Of a DNA stretch of 64,000 nt, positions 39,101 to 51,100 are shown piece by piece. Both the position numbers and the translations under genes were made by a program. Each line of letters begins with the position of its first letter. Within the stretch, counting starts at the first letter, position 1. Below the pieces are notes generated by a model, which ran no database searches, had not been told where the DNA came from, and saw nothing but the letters and a program-made list of their open reading frames with translations. The DNA comes from Diadema antillarum (Eukaryota): positions 496,001 through 560,000 of the forward strand of contig NW_027271134.1 in NCBI RefSeq assembly GCF_040938485.1, given 5' to 3'.

Positions 39101-40685
39101 TTGTTCAAATATCCATGCTTTTCAAAAGTGCAGTTGTTAATTTATGTTATTGTAAAATATGCCATGGTGATGCTTAAAACATAAATGCACAGTTTAGTCA
39201 ATACCCATTCCAAATTGAAAACAAACAACCATGATGGGGGGGGGGGGGGGGGGTACCACTCTAACCACTTTAAAGTATTCATGAGTAGATACAGTACTTT
39301 GAATACAATGATTTAATTGCTAATGAGTATTGAGCTACAGAATGTATTTGAATGTTTTTTTTTTAATGATCTAGTAGTACATGCTTTTATTTTCTAGTCA
39401 GATGAGGCATGTATTGTACATGTATTCATGTATTTTGTTTGCATACCAAGTACATGCCAAGTTGTTTTTCCATCTTCTACTTTCTAATAGATTTGATGGC
39501 AGGGTGGTTGCTAAGCTCCCATTCACACCCATCTCGTGGTTACACGGCATCTCACATCGTAACCTCCTTGGCAATGACTTCACAGACTCCTCCTTCATTT
39601 TCCTGTATATCTTGTGCACCATGTCAATTCGTCAGGTCTGATTTCATTCTTTATTCAATTATTATAATCAGATGTTTTGATTGTTCTGAAAACTGATATC
39701 TCTTAGTTTTGCAACATCCTGTAATGTTTCAAAGACCTGAATAGACAGTACTCAATTTTCAATTAATCTGAACTCACAATGTCAAATTCTTGTAGTCTGT
39801 ATGAATATGACATCATTGATCAAACTTTTTTTTTTCTTTAAATGCATATACATAAGTACTATGAATAAATTGCCTCAGCAGTTCTGAACAGTTGCTTTGA
39901 TACAATGCATTGACAAAATGGAAGCCTTCCATATTCAGACTTGCAGAGATGCAGGAATATGATTATGTTTAAAAAAACATTTTACCAGAAGGGACATGCA
40001 CAATAAGTTCATACGTTCATAATCAGTATACAATGTATTTCATTTTAGCTAGACCATAGTTGATATGAAAGCTTTAAGCCTACATTAACAATTTGGTAAT
40101 TGTAAAACGAAACGTTGAAACGATGTACAAATCATAAAGATGACTTAAATTATGGGATAAATCATGGTTAAGATTCATTGAAAAAAGACGATAGATATCA
40201 TTGTGTCATAGTCAGGAATGATAGTAAAAGATTAAAAATCTCTGAAATATTTATCTGTATATGTATTCCATTTGGAGATGGTGTCAACAAATTTGAAAGA
40301 AAAATCCTGCAATGACTTAAAATACAAATGCAACAATTTGCATATCAGTTTATTTTGCATCTGTTTGTGTTAAAGAGGATTTTGTCAACAAATGTCAGGA
40401 AAAACTGAGTCTGTATCACATGTCTATCAAGCTTATGCTGCATTCTGCATGTCAAAATATGTTTTGTTTGTTTGTTTGATAACTCAAGTGTGGAAGACAA
40501 ACACAGTGACTTCTCATGCTTTGACTGCTCCTATTACTGATTGTTGATTTTAGTATCCTTGTCATCTTGTGCATTTTCATTCCCTTTCACAGAATATACA
40601 AAAACTTTTGGGCTTTGCCCCATCAAGAGCTGCAGCCAAGCAATCAGGTGGCTTCTTTGGTCAGACCCAGCCTGGTGCAAAATAA
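30426..40685 (+). CDS. TMCO1: Calcium load-activated calcium channel / transmembrane and coiled-coil domain protein 1 (complete, 183 aa)
   Basis: Exons 30426-30486, 35526-35603, 36053-36112, 36545-36659, 39491-39635, 40593-40685 (552 nt, GT-AG, phases consistent). Protein MFADTLLIVFISVCTALLSEGITYILVYRTDTYKKLKAEVEKQSKKL...RDLSMVKMKSMF...IFDGRVVAKLPFTP...SHRNLLG...FIFLYILCTMSIRQNIQKLLGFAPSRAA closely matches TMCO1 as I recall it. Confidence 0.96.
30687..30786 (-). mobile_element. 100-bp retroposed fragment with (CAA)n tail and 11-bp TSD
   Basis: Flanked by direct repeats ACTGCGTCTGG (30676-30686, 30787-30797). Minus strand reads CAGGGCCCCGTGCCGTGGAAGACCAC..ACTTATTCGTGCAG followed by (CAA)n; a related copy lies on + at 30028-30062. 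Confidence 0.7.
32009..32282. mobile_element. hAT-type MITE with perfect 32-bp TIRs
   Basis: CAGTGCCGTATATAAAGAGAGTCTGGCCAACT and its exact reverse complement (32251-32282); 8-bp flanks TGTGGGCG / CGCGGGCG fit a CpG-decayed TSD. Confidence 0.85.
32302..33196 (+). mobile_element. 5'-truncated non-LTR retrotransposon (ORF2 tip, 3'UTR, (CAA)n tail) with 13-bp TSD
   Basis: Perfect direct repeat CGTACAAACTCTA at 32289-32301 and 33197-33209; (AAC)n tail about 33165-33196; the 5' junction reads LLQYVKDTNQYFNL*, like a LINE ORF2 C-terminus. Confidence 0.85.
33820..34017. mobile_element. TA-flanked MITE (CTGTAAAAGTGG TIR)
   Basis: TA|CTGTAAAAGTGG ... CCACTTTTACAG|TA; related-looking elements at 58253-58466 and 62630-62872. 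Confidence 0.8.
34170..35342. repeat. Long imperfect inverted repeat (about 240-bp arms)
   Basis: 34170-34409 aligns by eye to the reverse complement of 35113-35342 (shared blocks ACTCAACACACAGGACACCCAT, GTGTCTGATTTTGCAGCAGGG, GAGGCGATAGG, CTAGGTTA). Confidence 0.8.
34527..34883. mobile_element. hAT-like MITE nested in the inverted-repeat spacer
   Basis: CAGAGACTCCAAC ... GTTGGAGTCTCTA (CAG/TAG ends); subterminal CGGGAG repeats; core GGGTCCGCTCAAGGGCCCTGGAAGCTCT..GATGCTCTCTCGTGCTATCT resembles a common sea-urchin repeat (recalled). Confidence 0.75.
35690..35843 (+). mobile_element. LINE 3'UTR remnant with (TTGAAC)n tail
   Basis: T-rich tract ending GGAAATGAAAATAAATTTGAACTTGAACTTGAACTTGA, the form of L2/Crack-type 3' ends. 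Confidence 0.5.
36796..37161. mobile_element. PIF/Harbinger-like MITE
   Basis: AAA|GACCCGTTTACAGTG ... CACTGTAAACGGGGTC|AAA (3-bp TSD); CACTGTAAA repeated four times on the + strand, including the right TIR. Confidence 0.75.
37271..37450. mobile_element. pogo/Tigger-like MITE (family copy 2, inverted)
   Basis: TA|CAGTGGACTCCCATTATAAC ... GTTATAACGAGAGTGCATTG|TA; homologous to 25058-25223. Confidence 0.8.
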
Positions 40686-40800
40686 GGCTTCACCGTAGAG
40701 GACACTCACCTCAATATTTCCAAGACTTGAGCTGGCTGCAATCATCCCTACCAACAACAGATTTCAAGAAATTCTCTGAAGAGAGAGAGAAGGACAAAAA

Positions 40801-41516
40801 TATATAAGACCATGCATCACAAAACCAACAAAAAGTCGCACACACTGATGTTAGGTCAGGACTGTCAGGACACCTATACTAGGTGAGATGGGTCAACCGA
40901 GTCAATCTTGAGTTTTTCACATTTTCTGAAAGAGCAAGACTTCATCTACATCATGGTCAAGTTTGGGATCATAAAGTAAATGGGAAATTGTGTTTTTAGC
41001 AGTTTTTTTTAAACACTTTTTGGTAGAATACAGCTGTAGTACGATTAGGTGTGTCTTAGAGTTCCCTTTTCATTTAAAAAAAAACCTTTACACAATCTTC
41101 ACTTTCAACTCTGATAACTTTTGAAAAGGTGATGCTACTGCTTTGAAAGTTGGGTAGTAGTCATGGATAGAATGTGTTCATAGAGCATGAGCAATTACAG
41201 CCTAATCTTATAATCCCTTCATTGTTTGTGCTGCGGAGTTTCACATCCTGTCTTTTGTCCCATTCATTGCGCCGCTAATACGGCTTGGTAAGAAAAGCGC
41301 TTGAATAGACCCTAAACTTTAGAGCCTCTTTTCTCAGGTAACGCTTTTCTACAGTTTTGTGTTTTGTGTTCAATATTTAGATGGGTTAGGAGAGTCCATT
41401 TAAAATGAGTTATACATCATTTTAAAGCTTAAAGTCTGCTCTTTCAGAATCTGTCCTCGACTAAAGATCCATGTCAGGTGACTTATTGTTGGTTTTGTGG
41501 TGCAGGTTCACATATA
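40801..41516. mobile_element. About 0.7-kb TIR element in the TMCO1 3' region
   Basis: TATATAAGACCATGCATCACAAAACCAACAAAAAGTCGC is inverted relative to GTGACTTATTGTTGGTTTTGTGGTGCAGGTTCACATATA (39 bp, colinear). Confidence 0.75.
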
Positions 41517-42019
41517 GTGAAGGAGATGCAGAGAGTAATCAAAGTCATTTAACTAGCATTCTGTTTTAGAATTCTGACATTTAGAGTGGTGAGCTTAGCT
41601 TTGTTGAGAGATCATATTATTTGATGGCACGTCCTGAACCCCTGGCAATGATTTATGGTACATCGATACTTTGGTAAAAAATTAAAATATGGCCTGTTCA
41701 TATTATAAAAAAAAAGACTAGTATAAGCATAAAGTTAATTGAATATCTTAATCAATCTGGTCAACAAAACTTCCCATGGATGGTTGAGATGTAATCTTTC
41801 ACATTGGCACACAAAGTGGTCATCTGAAAAAATCCTTGGCATTTTGAGAGTAGTCCCTTTAAGTTTGCCCCTTTGCTCAACATTGATGACTGCCCACCTC
41901 TCACTCGGAACTGAAGTAGCAACATGGATGAGTTGTGACACTGTTCTCTATGTGGTTTTCCACACAAGCCCATTTGGCCAGATTGACCAGAAGTTATGTA
42001 ACTTTATACTACCTTGATG

Positions 42020-42047
42020 AATAAAAGATCTGTATTGCTCCAATAAA
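42020..42047 (+). terminator. Candidate TMCO1 polyadenylation signals (two AATAAA)
   Basis: AATAAA at 42020-42025 and 42042-42047, about 1.35 kb after the stop codon. Confidence 0.4.
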
Positions 42048-42424
42048 AACTTTATTGTACATCATCATTGTGTGAAAGGAACCAAAAACAATTAAAGGAC
42101 CCGAAACAATTGTTATAATCTTTGTAAATTTTAAAGTCAATGGGAACATTTACAGTTTCACATGTATGATAAAGATTGTTGAACAACATGAACCTGTTTT
42201 TACATCCACTCCAAGATCGGCAATTACAAATAATTGTACCTGAAAATTTTTGTGCATTCAGGGCATTAGAGTCAAATTTTTGGGGGGACATGCTCTGCTG
42301 TAGACAGTCATTTACATGAAATGATTCTTACGGAATGAGATATTACTGTCATTCATGAGTTTAACATTGGCCAGAGGATACTGAATCCAGCATGACTCCT
42401 TGACATACCCAAATTAAAGATCAG

Positions 42425-42561
42425 GGGGCATTTCATGAAGCACTTTACCCAACAAAGTTGTCAGACAAATTTGCTCTCAGCCAATCAGATGCAACGATTT
42501 CAGTAGATTGTAACAGCTTGTCAGAAAAATATCCGACCAAAACGCTTCATGAAATGCCCCC
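42425..42561. mobile_element. Harbinger MITE
   Basis: CAG|GGGGCATTTCATGAAGC ... GCTTCATGAAATGCCCCC|CAG; CAG duplicated on both sides. Confidence 0.85.
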
Positions 42562-43326
42562 CAGGTGACATGAAAGCATTAAGTTATTCCATGAAGCTTG
42601 TCATGCTGCCCTTTTGTCAGCTGGTATGTCTGTGAAACATTATTTGTTTGTTTTGTTTGTCTGTGTCATTGACTTGTTTTGAGAGTGATTTATTTAGCTT
42701 AGCACACAAATTCTGAGCAGGAAGACAATTGAATATTTGATTATTGGTGGCAAATAGAATTATTGAAAACAAACTGATGTTTGTGTGGACTCTCATGCAT
42801 TGAATGAAAACTGCACTGCCTGCTTGTCAGTCATAACAATGATGCATTCAGTGTGATCTAAATCTTGCTGGATTCAGTGTGTGTGACTGTATGTGCACCT
42901 TTACTGTTCAATGTGTACTAATGAGGACTATGGTATTTGACACTTGTGATATGCAGGTCAATACCTCACCAAAACAATCCTACTGTATTAAATGAAAATA
43001 AAAGGAAACTCATTTTCACATCTTAAGACTTCTCACTCAATATTTTCTGTTGTGTACATGATGCATGTATTCTGAATGTACACATTCTATTTTGCCCGTT
43101 GTAGACCTTTACTTTATCAAGTTAAAATATTGGGATTACATCATGGAAATTGTTTAACCAGTTGGCTTAATCAAGGCAAACTCTAGATGATCATGTTAAG
43201 TAGGTTTCAGTGAAGCTTTCTGCTTCTTTCTGGTGAAGACGGTTGGGCATCCTTGGTCTTGTAGAGATGTACTCATCTCCATTTTTATGTTTGAATGACT
43301 GCTAGGTGCGAGGTGACAACATGTAA

Positions 43327-43345
43327 ATATATATGTATATATATG

Positions 43346-43404
<59 letters not shown>
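43327..43404. repeat. (TA)n microsatellite
   Basis: About 78 bp of AT repeats with a few GT interruptions. Confidence 0.95.
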
Positions 43405-43407
<3 letters not shown>

Positions 43408-43835
43408 ATGTGATTTCCAACCATAAGGAGTTAGTCATTGCATTCTTCATCAGAGACCAGGATGCAATGCAATGTTAGATTAAAATTCGTTTCTGAAGCA
43501 GACATGCAACACTACATGTATACCTCTGCTCCTTACATATACATGTACAGTATATGAATTATACATGTACATGAAATATCACCTTAGAATTTTCCATAGA
43601 TTGTGTTAAGAAATAATAATTTATTTTTTTTTGTGTGTGCTATTTTAGTGTAGAAATTATATTTGTGTAACACATGTTATTCCCAGCTAATTACCTTTAG
43701 AATAATGATCAGTCTGATATATCAGGATTTGAGACTTGGGTGTGTACTTGCATGTGATTAAAAAAAAATGGAGATTAATTCATCCCTTTATGTACTTACT
43801 GTATGGCAAAGTGTGAGGGGATAACATCAACTTAA

Positions 43836-44218
43836 AGGGACTGTACAGTATTGGTTGAGGTGGGGATTCATGTTTTGAACATTCCTAAGTGAGTTAATGA
43901 GAAACCTCTTATGAAATATGAAAGAGCATGTCATTTTAAGAAGGATTCAACGTTTATTTGATGAAAATTGGTTTTCAAATGGCTTAGATATCCAAAAAAA
44001 GTGATAATAAAAGGCGACAGGCCATGCCTTTTATTAGGATCTGTTTGTTTTCACCTTGTTTTTGGATATTTCAGCCATTTCAAAACCGATTTTCATCAAC
44101 TAAACTTTTGATACACCTTAGAATTGCATGCTCCTTGACATCTCATAGAGTGGTTTCTGAATATCTCGCAAAACGTTAAAAGTTAAATCCTCACCTCAAC
44201 CAGAACTGTACACACCCT
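43836..44218. mobile_element. TTAA-flanked (Kolobok-like) MITE
   Basis: TTAA|AGGGACTGTACAGTATTGGTTGAGGTG ... CACCTCAACCAGAACTGTACACACCCT|TTGA. Confidence 0.8.
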
Positions 44219-44954
44219 TTGATATTTGCATATTCATAATGAATGTTCAAGAACTGTTTTTGAATATTAGCAAAACCTCATGATTTCATATCTTCCTTAA
44301 TTTTCAATTTTCACCCAATTTTGATCAAACTTTCACTGTATAGCTGTTATGCTTGTAAGGTTTTATTCTTTCTTTTTAGATAAACTTTCATTTGTCCTGG
44401 ATTCCCCCCCCCCCCCTTTATGGATGGAAACGGGTTTAATAGGATTTTGACCACCTATCACAGACTTTTGGAAGGAAAATACCACTCAAAATCATCTACC
44501 CCTACCCCGCTGGATTTTGGAAGGGAAGCTAGAAATATTACCATGCAAACATTACCAAAAAGAAAAAAAAAATCACACCGGTGACAGTGTGCTCTTCATC
44601 TTCTTCATCTGTTCTAGTGTTATTTACAATACAATTTATTTACAGATGTTAACATGCACATAGATAGCAAATACATTGTTCGAAGAACAAAGACTAGCCA
44701 CTGTTAATTGTCAACTGTAAGACGATTGCCGAAGAGTGCGGGGCTAAAACTATTGATCAGAGGCTTTTCTTTAATTGCTCGTGCAGAGTTAGAAACCTCT
44801 GATCATGAGTAGTTTTTATTTTGCACGAGCAAAGAAAAATATCTGATCAGTAGTACGCACGGATCGAGAAAAAAAAACCCAAACAAAAACCTCTGATAAG
44901 TGGATTTGCAACACGTTTTCATCGTCAACCTCCTTATTATAATTATTATCAATG

Positions 44955-44985
<31 letters not shown>

Positions 44986-45111
44986 ATGCGAGGTCCGTAC
45001 AGTTCGTCATCAGCTGAGATGTGATCGATGAGCGCAGCCACCCAGAACCCATCGAGCGATCGAGGCGAGGGCGCGCGAACTCGTTCATTTTAAAAAGAAG
45101 ACTTGAATTTG

Positions 45112-48100
45112 ATGACGCGATTCACAATGACTGGGATCATGGATCCGGTGAATAAAATAAGACGACCAAGGGAAATGGTGACTCCTCATAAAATATCACT
45201 TCTTATGTTAGTTTTTGAGTATTCAAACTATGGAAAACAAGCGCAGATTTCGGGAAAGAGAAAATGGGACCATCGAGTTTCCCGTAATTTTGCTCGCTCT
45301 GTTCTCGGATGGATACAGGTAAATACGTGCCTTACGTAGTCCAATACGTTAACTTCAGTGTTACAACATTGGAAGGCTTTCAAAGTAATTGGACAACTAC
45401 TTGGTACCTGGTATTGTAGTACAAAGTATTCCAAATTACCGTAAAGTTTTATGTGGAATGCTTACAGATTATGCTACCTAGACCCTCTAATTATCTTACC
45501 GTCAATTAGAATTTCAATATGCCATTGACGAAATACGTCTAGCAGGATCACACACGGTTCGGATCGATTGGGACTAAACACGTTACGCGTTACCAGGGGG
45601 GTGTTTCACAAAGATTTAAGTTTGACTTAACTCATGCGTAAATCCCCAAACCCTGCGTAAATCCCTAAGTCCTGCGTAAATTTACGCAGGACTTTGAATC
45701 CTGTTTCACAAAGCTTAAGTCATGCGTAAGTCCCACCAAGTCCTGCGTAACTCTACGCATGGCCTGAAGCCATGCGTAAAGTCAGACTTAAATTCCAAAA
45801 TGGGAAGTTCAAAAGCATAATCAACTCCTAATATTCATTAATTTCTTCCACTTTATCTTATCCTGAGTGAGATGGCAGTATTTTTAACAAACTAGAGAAT
45901 CACTAGTTTCGTAGAGGGTCTACTCCTACACTAGAACTATTCACTGAACAATGGTCCAAATTAAAAATAGTCATAAAAATAGATCCCTACCTACAAATGT
46001 AACGTTACTGATATAGTTTGAACTGTTAAGTTAAACCAAAATTTTAGCTCATAAAGAGCTATATAATCTACATGTATCTGGACTTTGGAAATTAATTATA
46101 TTTCTACCAATCCTTTCTTGCCTGTGTTATCTTCTTAGCTGCTTACCCATGAATATTAATGCATGCCTATCCATTATAAATATCATGCATTCACAACAAA
46201 TTAGAAAAACCTAACAAATTAGTTAGACCTATACTTGTTAGAAATATTATACCTCTTGTGTACAGGACGGGGCTGTGTCTGTCTACACTAACTGGTTAGA
46301 CCGATAAATTTGTCTCTTGTTCGGTAGCCTAATTGTATCTGTACAGTCTGTAATACGGTCGACTGCATTAGTGACCGTATAAATACAGTTAACAAGAGGC
46401 TACCCGACAAGAGGCAGATTTATTGGTCTACCTCCACACATGACTGCCAATGAAATTAGCCAAGTTTCCATTTCTACGGTACCAGTTACATCTTAATGAA
46501 TGCTTCTTTTTTTTTCCTGGAAGCAAAAAACAAAACAAAATAAGACATAACAACCCCCCCCCCCCCCCCCCCCCCAGCATTTTGTGTCAGTTAGAGGAAA
46601 CGGTTAGCCAATAGACAGTCACCTCTGCCTCGCATCAAAGGCTACAGTAACGTATACACTGAAAACGTTAGAGGTCTAGTAGTTTCTATGCCTAATCTTG
46701 ATTGATGCAGTTCTCAAACACATTCCAAAATCCGAAAACGCATAAATTCATCAATTACTTCCCAATTCAACTCAGGGCCCAGCAATTGGACTTTAAAATT
46801 TGACCAATTGATAGCCATTAGCCATGATTTATTATGGTTTTAACTTACCTTATACATGCAGTCTAACGTTAGGGCAATCATGCACTTTGTTTTCTTCAAA
46901 ATCATGAAGATGTGGCACTGTGCCCCTGTCTTGATTAATGTTGGTACAGTGCACAGACTCTACACTAACTGTTAGGCATAGCCATGTTTAATTGATAGTC
47001 ATACTAATACTAGAACTGATAAGAGTTTATATGTAGACATAACTATACACAGCCCAGTTATTCGCACAGCGTATAAACAGCGTCTGGTCGGGCTAATGTA
47101 GACATTGTCTAATGACATGATATTAGTAATGAGCAGACTCTACAAATTACAATACAAGTACCGGTACAACACACACAGAGTTCATAATATTCAGTCCCTT
47201 CCTAACCTTCGATGAATCATCTCTTGCTCAAATTACATAATTTCAAGGACCTACCTAATGACTGACAGAACAGCTAGATCTACACTCACTTCTGTAGTTA
47301 CGACCAACCCTAGCTAGTTGGAAAAGAAAACTTCTCTTCGTGTGCAACAAGAGGCTAGCCAGAATCCTCTTCTACTACTAAGGTCCACAGTTCATTTTGC
47401 AATGTGAATGGTTGTACAGAATGCAGAGATCATATCAGTGCCAGCTAGCTGCTGCGAGCTGCGCGAGCAACCCCATTCATCCTAACTTTCACACAGTCCA
47501 ATATAAACATGTGGGACTGGATTAAAGAGGCCTCATGCACAAAACATCTCTTATATCAAAATAATCATCAAACGAGCGGTTATTCATGTACAAAAGAGAA
47601 ATAATATGAGTCAGTAAATGAGCACTGTGAATAACGAATGATACAGTAATGTCATATGAATCGTAGTTGCAGAAAATCAAAGCAATTTCCCTTCCAGAAA
47701 TTACTCAAAAATCATCAGCAGACAACAAATGTCTAATTTGCATATTTTTGGCTCGTACATTATTATTCAAATCGAATAAGTCAGTCTTAGCATAAGATTG
47801 ACTTTGTGAAACAGACTTAAAAAGTCGCACTTAGACTAAGATTGACTAGTGCTAAGTCTGACTTACTAAGTGCGACCTTTGTGAAACAGGCCCCTGGCCT
47901 AAGTCGTAAGTCAGTGTTACACTTACAGTCACACTGCACCGTCCTGACACTCAATAAGAAAGGCTCAGAAAACTGTGTACAGGATCCTTCGACTCTGAAC
48001 AACAAACATGATGTCCGATGATATGATGATGGCTATTGGGGCATTAGCCATTAGATACATAAATGAAATGATAAAAGGCACACTTTATTTCCTTCAATAC

Positions 48101-51100
48101 CAAATCATTGTAGGGCCTAATGAAAATTTAGATGCAGTGAAAGAACCCTATTCTTGTGGCAGGTTTTGGGTAAAATCGTGAAATAAACCCCACCGCAGTG
48201 CGCGTGCACCCGTGCATTAGCAAGCAAGGATAGGTCCTAGGGTTAGCTTAGGGTTAGGGTTTTACTTTTATGGTTAAATTGGCCATTAAATTAGTCGAGG
48301 GACACTAGGGGGTCCTTCTGAGAATAAAAAGTTGAAGACCAAAGCAAAAAACGGGAGAAAGGGAGGACGAAAGATGCTATGCTGTGGAAATCGGCCCCAC
48401 CGCTGTATCAATTTCGCGTAAACGCCGTTTGGTGGGGCCGCATTCACGAGTATTATACTGTGGAAGGAAGGCCCACCGCCGTGCTTACCTACCGATGAAC
48501 GCCACACAGTGGGGCTGAATTCACAAGTATATTAACAGGCGAGCCGCCGTAGTATTAGTACGAACACGCAGTGGTGGGGCCTATTTCACGAGTATGCCAG
48601 GTTTTGTACAGGGTGCCTATTTGCAGCAGGGGCCGTTTCATTCATTATGAGATGTAAACCCTATATACCTGAGGCTGTAGCTACAGTACATGTTACGTGA
48701 GATAAAAACAACTGTACAGGATTAATTGTATAGTTAAAGGGCTACCGGTTTGTAGGTGGAGATTTATAGCTACAATTGTAGGTCAATTATCCATGATAAT
48801 TGGCAAATTGTAGGTATAAATTTACATCAAAAGTTGCAAATCACAATTTTAAGAACATATAGACAAATTTGACATCCTTGAAATTTGGTAATACATGCTA
48901 TGGCTCATACATATTTCGTCAGTAATTCTGATTCAAAATGTGATCAATTGCGGCACAATAACACATAACGAAACAACAGAAGATTTTAGTGTAGACAATG
49001 TTTATGAGTACAGGCTAGTATATATAGTTTTATCAGCCTGTAGCAGCTACAGAGTGACAGAACCATACTTGAGTAGAGGAAACCCTGCTATTAGTGTTGA
49101 TATGAGCTCACAAGGTACCACTTTTATTGAGGTGAATTTTGTGGTCCCCATTTTCTAATACTGTATTTACTTGGTCTCTTTACTATGTTTGTTACAAAGA
49201 TGTACATTTTATACACAACGACCTGCTAAAACAAAGTAAAAGCAGTAGTGCTGGTGACCTCATTATGTTTGGGTTTGTTGAGGTTTCTAAATGCATATTT
49301 TGATAACACATCTTATAGTGTCTGTATATCATGTATGTGTGTGTTTGTTTTGTTTTCTACAGAGATATCTCAGGACTGCTGTAGTTAATGATACTACAGA
49401 TGTACATTCAACAAAACTATAAACATTTGCACAGATGGTTAATCTAAAAGTCTTGTAGTAACAATACCATGTGCAAGTACTTGTCCATTTTAGACTAAAT
49501 AAATGAACACAGTTAAAGAAGATATTGATCTGAATAGAGAAATGTGTTATTGACCTACAGGGTTCTGACATCGAGCATGATGAATTCATCACCAAGGTTA
49601 AAGGGATACACCTTGACTTGGCAACATCTCTCAGTGCTTGGTAAGCTTTTCTATAAAGCTCTTCTTTTCTGTGGATCTGAATATTATGCTTAGTCAAGAA
49701 GAATATCTCTATAATTTTTTTTTTTTAATGATTTCTGTATTTTCCCCACAGAACTTTGTATTAAAATCCAGTACACTTTCTGTTCCATTTCAATCCCTTC
49801 ACACATAAACTGGATGATCACACAAAATGTCATTATGGGCAGGTGGTTGCTTTGGACAGGTTCAATGCAGTAGCCATATCATGGATATTTCCAATACTCC
49901 CTTATGTGTGCATGCACTATACACCAGTCTACTATACTACAATTCAGTCTACAGTCTACTATACTACAAATCTACAATTTGTGCATAAAGCTTGAACAGG
50001 TGTATATGAGTGTGATTTCTTTTATGAGCACTAAGGTCATTTTCTGACCTTCATGAATAGCATGTATATCATTACATCTGAAGTATTTTCCAACAAAGAA
50101 ACATATTTTGTATTTGACATAGATTTCTGATACAGGTTATTATTCACATACCAACCATGTGCTTGTCATTTGCTGTTACTTTCACATTTCATTTTGATTT
50201 TGTGTGTGTGTGTGTGTGTTTGTGTTTACGTGTTACATGTTAGATATCTCTACTGTACATGTATATTCGTGACAGTGACAATGACATTGGCGGATCTAAG
50301 AGGGACACACCGGGCGTGTGCCCCCTTTATTTTTTGTTAAAACAAAAGAAATAAAAGAAAAAAATTGAGGGAAATTCCTGGATCCGTCCCTGTGTGAGAA
50401 TTAGCTACGTTGGATAATGGATTAATGCACATACTGACACTACAACGAGGATCCATGTTTCTTACTTAGTGTCATGTGAGCCCTGAAAAGGGCCATTGAT
50501 GTTGATAACCCTGGATATTTCCAACCTTACAATGTACAGCATATTTACATGTGTGTTACTGGGGGCAACAGTTTTCAAAAGTTTTTAATTTTGTGAATAT
50601 TGGTCAACGTGCAAAATTCATGAAGTATTAGTATGGCTGTTATAGATGTACAAGACTCTGTCTGAGTGCACTGCTTATATTTCAAGTTCTGTTGTCACTG
50701 CTCTCTTGGTTTTTTTTTTCTAGCTTGTCTGAGATAGTTGGTGGTAGCCTTGCGTCTTTGTCAGACTTCTTCTGTTCCCTCAACAAACTCTTGGACAGTT
50801 CCAATGGAGAAGCTCCTGTTCACCGTCACAGCATCATAGGTAATACTCTGGAAAACTCTGCTGCAAAGGTCTCACAGTGATTTTCAAACCAGCAAAATGA
50901 TGATTATGAGTCAGTGAATTTGATGAGCTCAATAACCCCTAAAACTCTTGATTCCATTTTGATGTTGATGATTTTGTAACTTTCTCTTCATATTTCCTTG
51001 ATGGTCACTGCTCGTACATGTGTTCAGCTGTATGGTTCCAGAGTCATTAATGACCCCACAGTGAATTGATATTTGAAAATTGAAGTGGGAAAATAATGAT

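Noticed and set aside
48238-48260. Telomere or chromosome-fusion scar
   Set aside because: Only 3-4 degenerate TTAGGG units inside a dispersed repeat within an intron.
48382-48595. CRISPR-like repeat-spacer array
   Set aside because: Eukaryotic intron, only three degenerate units of unequal length, no cas genes.
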